From NCBI GenBank assembly GCA_937927895.1, contig CALGKA010000036.1:9737-73736 (forward strand): a DNA stretch of 64,000 bases. The letters run 5' to 3'. The notes below the pieces were generated by a model. That model was not told the DNA's origin and made no database searches. It saw only the letters and a program-made list of their open reading frames with translations. This document shows, one piece after another, positions 59,558-64,000 of this stretch. The DNA comes from an uncultured Granulosicoccaceae bacterium (lineage in GTDB: Bacteria > Pseudomonadota > Gammaproteobacteria > Granulosicoccales > Granulosicoccaceae). Within the stretch, counting starts at the first letter, position 1. Each line of letters starts with the position of its first letter. The translations under genes were made by a program, and so were the position numbers.

Positions 59558-60916
59558 ATGACCTACTCTACTAAAAAATATTTAGTCGTCGGGCTTGGTG
59601 TGAGCGGCATGTCTGTTGTGCGCTATTTGAGCCGCCACGGCCTGTCATTTGAAATTGCTGAAACCAATAGCGAGCGCCTGCAGTTACTTGTGATTCAAGA
59701 GCCGTTGCTTAAGTCTGTTGTAAGCCATACGCAAACGTTGACTGCTGAGTTACTTTGTCAGTTTGATGCGGTAGTGGTAAGCCCTGGCGTTCCTGTTAGA
59801 GCTGAAGTTTTTAAACGAGCAATTGATGCAGGTGTTGACGTGATAGGTGATATTGAACTGTTTGCTCGCGAGGTTAATAAGCCTGTGCTGGCGGTGACGG
59901 GCTCAAATGGAAAAAGTACCGTGGTAAGTATGGCGGGGGCGCTGCTCAAAGCCGCGAATATCAATGCAGAGGTTGTTGGGAATGTTGGTTTTGCGTGCCT
60001 TGATAGTTTGGAAGATGACTCTATTGAAGCCTATGTTCTGGAACTTTCAAGCTTTCAATTAGAAACGACTTTTTCGCTTAAGCCGTTGGTAGCGTCAGTC
60101 TTGAATGTAAGTGCTGATCATTTAGATCGTTACAACGATCTTGAAGATTACGCCCAGGTGAAGCGTGGCATATACCAAAATGCAACGCATGTGGTTTTTA
60201 ACACGGAAGATAACCGCACTGTTCCAGCCAATATGGCGAAGTTTGACAGCAACGTTAGTTTTGGGGTGCAGGCTGGCGATTGGTCAATTGTTAAAGACAA
60301 CCACAACGTGACGCTGCGTGGTAAAAATGTGGTTGATATCAATGCGAGTGTTTTAAAAGTTGCAGGCGAACACAATCAGTTAAACGCTCTAGCGGCCATG
60401 GCAATGGCATCGTTACTCATTAAGTCGAACTCTGAAGCTGGTCAGGCAGATCTTCAGCAGACATTCTCAGTAGGCTTAGCTGAATTTACCGGTTTGCCAC
60501 ATAGAGCAAAGCTTGTGTGTGAATCGGATAACGTTACTTGGATCAATGATTCCAAGGGCACCAATGTTGGCGCTACAGTCAGCGCGATACAAGGTATGTC
60601 TTCTCCTGTGGTATTGATCGCGGGTGGCCGTGGAAAAAATGCGGATTATCAGCCACTACGTGAAGTGGTAGAAAAGTGTTGTAGTGCCGTTGTTTTGATC
60701 GGTGAGGATGCTTTGAAAATTAAGGCAGCGCTTGCCGATTCGGTGCCGATGTACTGTGAAGAGTCAATGGCTGCTGCAGTTAAGCGAGCAGCTTTAATTT
60801 CAAAACCAGGAGACTGCGTGTTGTTGTCACCCGCTTGTGCGAGTTTTGACATGTTTAAAAACTTTGAGGATCGCGGCAACGCATTTGAAAGTGAGGTCAG
60901 AAAGCTATGCGCCTAG
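59558..60916 (+). CDS. murD: UDP-N-acetylmuramoylalanine--D-glutamate ligase
   Basis: VVGLGVSG...VTGSNGKSTV...NDSKGTNV. Confidence 0.95.
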   Translation: MTYSTKKYLVVGLGVSGMSVVRYLSRHGLSFEIAETNSERLQLLVIQEPLLKSVVSHTQTLTAELLCQFDAVVVSPGVPVRAEVFKRAIDAGVDVIGDIELFAREVNKPVLAVTGSNGKSTVVSMAGALLKAANINAEVVGNVGFACLDSLEDDSIEAYVLELSSFQLETTFSLKPLVASVLNVSADHLDRYNDLEDYAQVKRGIYQNATHVVFNTEDNRTVPANMAKFDSNVSFGVQAGDWSIVKDNHNVTLRGKNVVDINASVLKVAGEHNQLNALAAMAMASLLIKSNSEAGQADLQQTFSVGLAEFTGLPHRAKLVCESDNVTWINDSKGTNVGATVSAIQGMSSPVVLIAGGRGKNADYQPLREVVEKCCSAVVLIGEDALKIKAALADSVPMYCEESMAAAVKRAALISKPGDCVLLSPACASFDMFKNFEDRGNAFESEVRKLCA

Positions 60917-62124
60917 AACGACCAATGGCAGTTTCTGTTCTTACGGAAAGGCAAAGCGTTGACTGGGTATTGCTCGGCTTGGTATTCGCGCTAGCGATGC
61001 TTGGCCTGGTTATGGTTTTTTCTGCATCTATTGCGCAGGCTGAAAGAATCCTTGAAGACGCAACCTACTATGGTCGACTACAAAGTATTTACTTGCTGAT
61101 CGGGTGTATGGCCGCTCTTGTCGCCTGGTGTGTGCCGCTGGATACGCTTGAAAAGTACAGCCCGCTATTGCTGGTAATAGGATTTGCGTTGTTGTTATTG
61201 GTGTTAGTGCCGTTTATTGGTAAGAGTGTTAACGGCAGTAGGCGCTGGATACAATTAGGATTGTCATTTCAGCCATCCGAATATTTTAAGCTTGCTATTA
61301 TTATCTACCTCGCAGGTTATTTTGTTCGCAAGGGTGAGCAAATACGCTCTGACTTGGCCGTGTTTATTGTGCCCCTTGCAATCGCAGGTATCGCTGCAGT
61401 CCTTTTACTCGCAGAGCCTGATTTTGGTGCAACGTTTGTAATTACAGCTACGGCAGTTGCAATGATGTTTGTTGCCGGGTGTCGTTTATGGCACTTCATA
61501 ATCACCATGCTAATAGTTATGCCGCTGGCGATTTTAGCGATTATGGTCTCGCCGTATCGTAAAAGCCGACTGCTTAGTTTTATGAATCCTTGGGATGATC
61601 CCTTTGCAACTGACTTTCAGTTAACACAGTCTTTGATTGCAGTGGGTCGAGGCTCCTGGGATGGCGTAGGTATTGGCAATAGTGTGCAGAAGATGGCCTA
61701 CCTGCCAGAGGCGCATACCGACTTTGTATTTGCGGTGTTTGCTGAAGAGATGGGCTTTATTGGTGTCGCTGTTTTAGTGGTACTTTTTTCATTAATTGTT
61801 GCACGCTGTTTTAAAATAGCGCGCGATGCCGATCGCGCCGGCTTACTTTTTGGTTCGCACATAGCAACCGGTGTTGGCTTTTGGTTGGGCTTGCAGGCGT
61901 TTATTAATATTGGCGCTAACATGGGTGTGTTGCCCACAAAAGGAATTACCTTGCCATTGTTTAGTTATGGCGGCAGTAGCGTGTTGGCTGTAAGTGTTGC
62001 GGTGGCGATAGTGATGCGAGTCCATAGAGAGACGGCGAAATTAACGCAACAAGAATTAACGCGCAGCGTAACTGAGCGCATGGAAGCGGTAGCTATTAAT
62101 GATATGGCGGCGCGACATGTCTAA
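60907..62124 (+). CDS. ftsW: Peptidoglycan glycosyltransferase FtsW (SEDS family)
   Basis: About 10 TM segments. QPSEYFKL, PEAHTDFVFA and LPTKGITLPLFSYGGSS motifs. An alternative start at 60925 is possible. Confidence 0.93.
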   Translation: MRLERPMAVSVLTERQSVDWVLLGLVFALAMLGLVMVFSASIAQAERILEDATYYGRLQSIYLLIGCMAALVAWCVPLDTLEKYSPLLLVIGFALLLLVLVPFIGKSVNGSRRWIQLGLSFQPSEYFKLAIIIYLAGYFVRKGEQIRSDLAVFIVPLAIAGIAAVLLLAEPDFGATFVITATAVAMMFVAGCRLWHFIITMLIVMPLAILAIMVSPYRKSRLLSFMNPWDDPFATDFQLTQSLIAVGRGSWDGVGIGNSVQKMAYLPEAHTDFVFAVFAEEMGFIGVAVLVVLFSLIVARCFKIARDADRAGLLFGSHIATGVGFWLGLQAFINIGANMGVLPTKGITLPLFSYGGSSVLAVSVAVAIVMRVHRETAKLTQQELTRSVTERMEAVAINDMAARHV

Positions 62125-63184
62125 TGCAACTGTAGTCATAGCTGCGGGTGGTACTGGTGGGCACGTATTTCCAGCGCTTGCCGTGGCTGCGGTTTTACGT
62201 GAACGAGGCATCCCAGTGGTGTGGGTTGGCAGCGAGTCTGGTCTTGAAAACAAGATTGTGCCGCAGCATCAAATCCCGCTTCGCAAGATTGCTGTTTCAC
62301 CGCTGCGTGGTGGTGGACTACTCAGAAAGCCGGTGGGTGCTTTTAATCTGGTTAAAGCAATTGTGAGTTCGCTTAAAATTGTTCGCCAGGAAAAAGCCGG
62401 CACTGTGTTGGGTATGGGTGGTTATGTTTCAGGCCCTGTTTGTTTGGCGGCAAAAATGACAGGCTGCCGGACGGTGGTACATGAGCAAAATGCCGTGCCT
62501 GGTTTTACTAATCGTATTTTGAATCGATTCGCTACAAAGGTGCTTGAGGCGATGCCTAATACATTTGCAGCGAGCAGCAAAGTGAGCTGTACGGGTAACC
62601 CGGTACGTAAAGCGTTATTGTTGGTGGCTGACCCTGCGGCGCGATATTCAGAGCGTATAGGCGCACTACGTGTGTTAGTGATTGGTGGTAGTCAAGGTGC
62701 TAAATCTTTAAATGAAATAGTGCCAAAGGCACTGGCACTAATTGATCAACCATTAGAAGTAATACATCAGTGTGGCCCCAAGTGGCTAGCAGATACGCAA
62801 GCTATGTATGAATCGGTTCAACATAGTTGTCAGGTAAAAGATTTTATAGAAGATATGGCTGAGGTATACGGTTGGGCAGATATTATTATTTGCCGTTCAG
62901 GTGCAATGACGGTGGCTGAGATTTCAGCGGTTGGGCTTGCATCTATTTTGATTCCGTATCCTTCAGCTGTAGATGATCATCAAACTTCAAACGGTTCATT
63001 TTTGGTAAGCGCTGGCGCTGCCATGATGATTCAGGAGAAAGAAATAAGCGCAGAACAATTAGCCGCCGACTTACAGAGTTTAGATCGCGGCAAGTTACAG
63101 GCAATGGCAGAGAACGCACGTGCAGTATCAAAGCGTGATGCGACAGATAGAGTGGTAGCTGAGTTGCTTGGAGTCGCGGCATGA
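62117..63184 (+). CDS. murG: Undecaprenyldiphospho-muramoylpentapeptide beta-N-acetylglucosaminyltransferase
   Basis: [27 protein letters not shown] 62117 is preferred over 62099. ...GGSQGA...RSGAMTVAE. Confidence 0.95.
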   Translation: MSNATVVIAAGGTGGHVFPALAVAAVLRERGIPVVWVGSESGLENKIVPQHQIPLRKIAVSPLRGGGLLRKPVGAFNLVKAIVSSLKIVRQEKAGTVLGMGGYVSGPVCLAAKMTGCRTVVHEQNAVPGFTNRILNRFATKVLEAMPNTFAASSKVSCTGNPVRKALLLVADPAARYSERIGALRVLVIGGSQGAKSLNEIVPKALALIDQPLEVIHQCGPKWLADTQAMYESVQHSCQVKDFIEDMAEVYGWADIIICRSGAMTVAEISAVGLASILIPYPSAVDDHQTSNGSFLVSAGAAMMIQEKEISAEQLAADLQSLDRGKLQAMAENARAVSKRDATDRVVAELLGVAA

Positions 63185-64000
63185 GTATGGTTGCTAACAG
63201 CGTTCAAAATTGGATGCGCCGAATCGATCACGTGCACTTTGTTGGTATTGGCGGTGTGGGTATGGGAGGCATTGCAGAAGTAATGGTGAACCTGGGCTAT
63301 AGCGTCTCTGGTTCAGATGTAGCTCGCAATGCTTTGGTTGAAAGGCTTGAGTCACTGGGTGCAAAAGTTTTTCTGGGTCACGATGCATCTAATGTTGAGG
63401 GGGTTGATGTCGTGGTTGTTTCATCTGCAATAAATGAAGATAACCCTGAAGTCGCGCATGCCCGTAGTAATAGAATCCCGGTGATTCGACGCGCGGAAAT
63501 GCTTGGTGAGCTAATGAGATTCAAGCAGGGAATTGCAATTGCGGGTACTCATGGAAAAACCACCACTACAAGTTTGGTGGCTAGTTTGTTAACGGAAGGT
63601 GGGCTTGATCCTACTTATGTTATCGGTGGCAAATTGAATAGCTCATCTACTAATGCTTACTTAGGTCAGTCTGAATGGTTGGTTGCAGAGGCTGATGAAA
63701 GCGATGCGTCTTTCTTATCACTGCAGCCAGTGATTGCAATCGTTACTAACATTGATGCTGATCATCTTTCTTCATATGAAAATGATTTTGATCGATTGCA
63801 AGGTGCGTTCGTTGAGTTTTTACAGCATCTTCCGTTCTACGGTTTGGCGATCATGTGTATTGATGATGAAATCACGCGATCTTTGGTTGATCGTATCTCA
63901 CGCCCGGTAATGACCTACGGTTTCAGCGAAGATGCAGATGTTCGTGGACTGAATTTCAGGCAAGATAAAATGAAATCGTGCTTTGATGTCAAGCTACCCG
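63181..64000 (+). CDS. murC: UDP-N-acetylmuramate--L-alanine ligase, N-terminal part (runs off the window end)
   Basis: Not in the ORF track because no stop is reached. The ATG at 63181 overlaps the murG stop (ATGA). Translation reads [40 protein letters not shown]...[10 protein letters not shown]. Confidence 0.93.
   Translation, partial: MSMVANSVQNWMRRIDHVHFVGIGGVGMGGIAEVMVNLGYSVSGSDVARNALVERLESLGAKVFLGHDASNVEGVDVVVVSSAINEDNPEVAHARSNRIPVIRRAEMLGELMRFKQGIAIAGTHGKTTTTSLVASLLTEGGLDPTYVIGGKLNSSSTNAYLGQSEWLVAEADESDASFLSLQPVIAIVTNIDADHLSSYENDFDRLQGAFVEFLQHLPFYGLAIMCIDDEITRSLVDRISRPVMTYGFSEDADVRGLNFRQDKMKSCFDVKLP

Overview
This 64 kb window is core chromosome from a moderate-GC gammaproteobacterium. 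Gene order follows the Pseudomonas/Cellvibrionales-type layout. I recognise about 60 protein genes and one ncRNA. In order they are: speD; folD; an lpxL-family acyltransferase; dtd; hisBHAFIE-tatABC; gpmI; a PhzF-family gene; a DMT transporter; split class II ribonucleotide reductase nrdJa/nrdJb with NrdR boxes; mgtE; the minus-strand block ptsP-ptsO-rapZ-ptsN-hpf-rpoN-lptBAC-kdsCD; mlaA and mlaC; murA-hisG-(DAHP synthase)-hisD; petABC; sspAB; yraN-lpoA; rsmI; an accessory block; RNase P RNA (rnpB); and the dcw cluster from mraZ to murC, truncated at the window end. I see no tRNA, rRNA, CRISPR array, transposase, integrase or recognisable defence system.

The most unusual locus is the rsmI-rnpB junction. 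About 5.5 kb has been wedged in there. It carries an uncharacterised two-gene module (an HTH-like protein plus a 775-aa FN3/beta-helix lipoprotein) and a glutamate-synthase-family gene. It ends in a diverged partial second copy of RNase P RNA, about 211 nt long, just upstream of the intact rnpB.

Other points worth a second look:
- abnormally long spacers inside the lptB-rpoN-hpf-ptsN operon, one with a plus-strand terminator
- an A-depleted repeat-rich tract downstream of mgtE
- the long repeat-bearing nrdJ leader
- a remodelled mla locus (mlaA next to mlaC, no mlaFEDB or ibaG)
- a DAHP synthase gene inserted between hisG and hisD
- several short tandem duplications

All functional calls rest on my reading of the translated ORFs and motifs. 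No database search was run.
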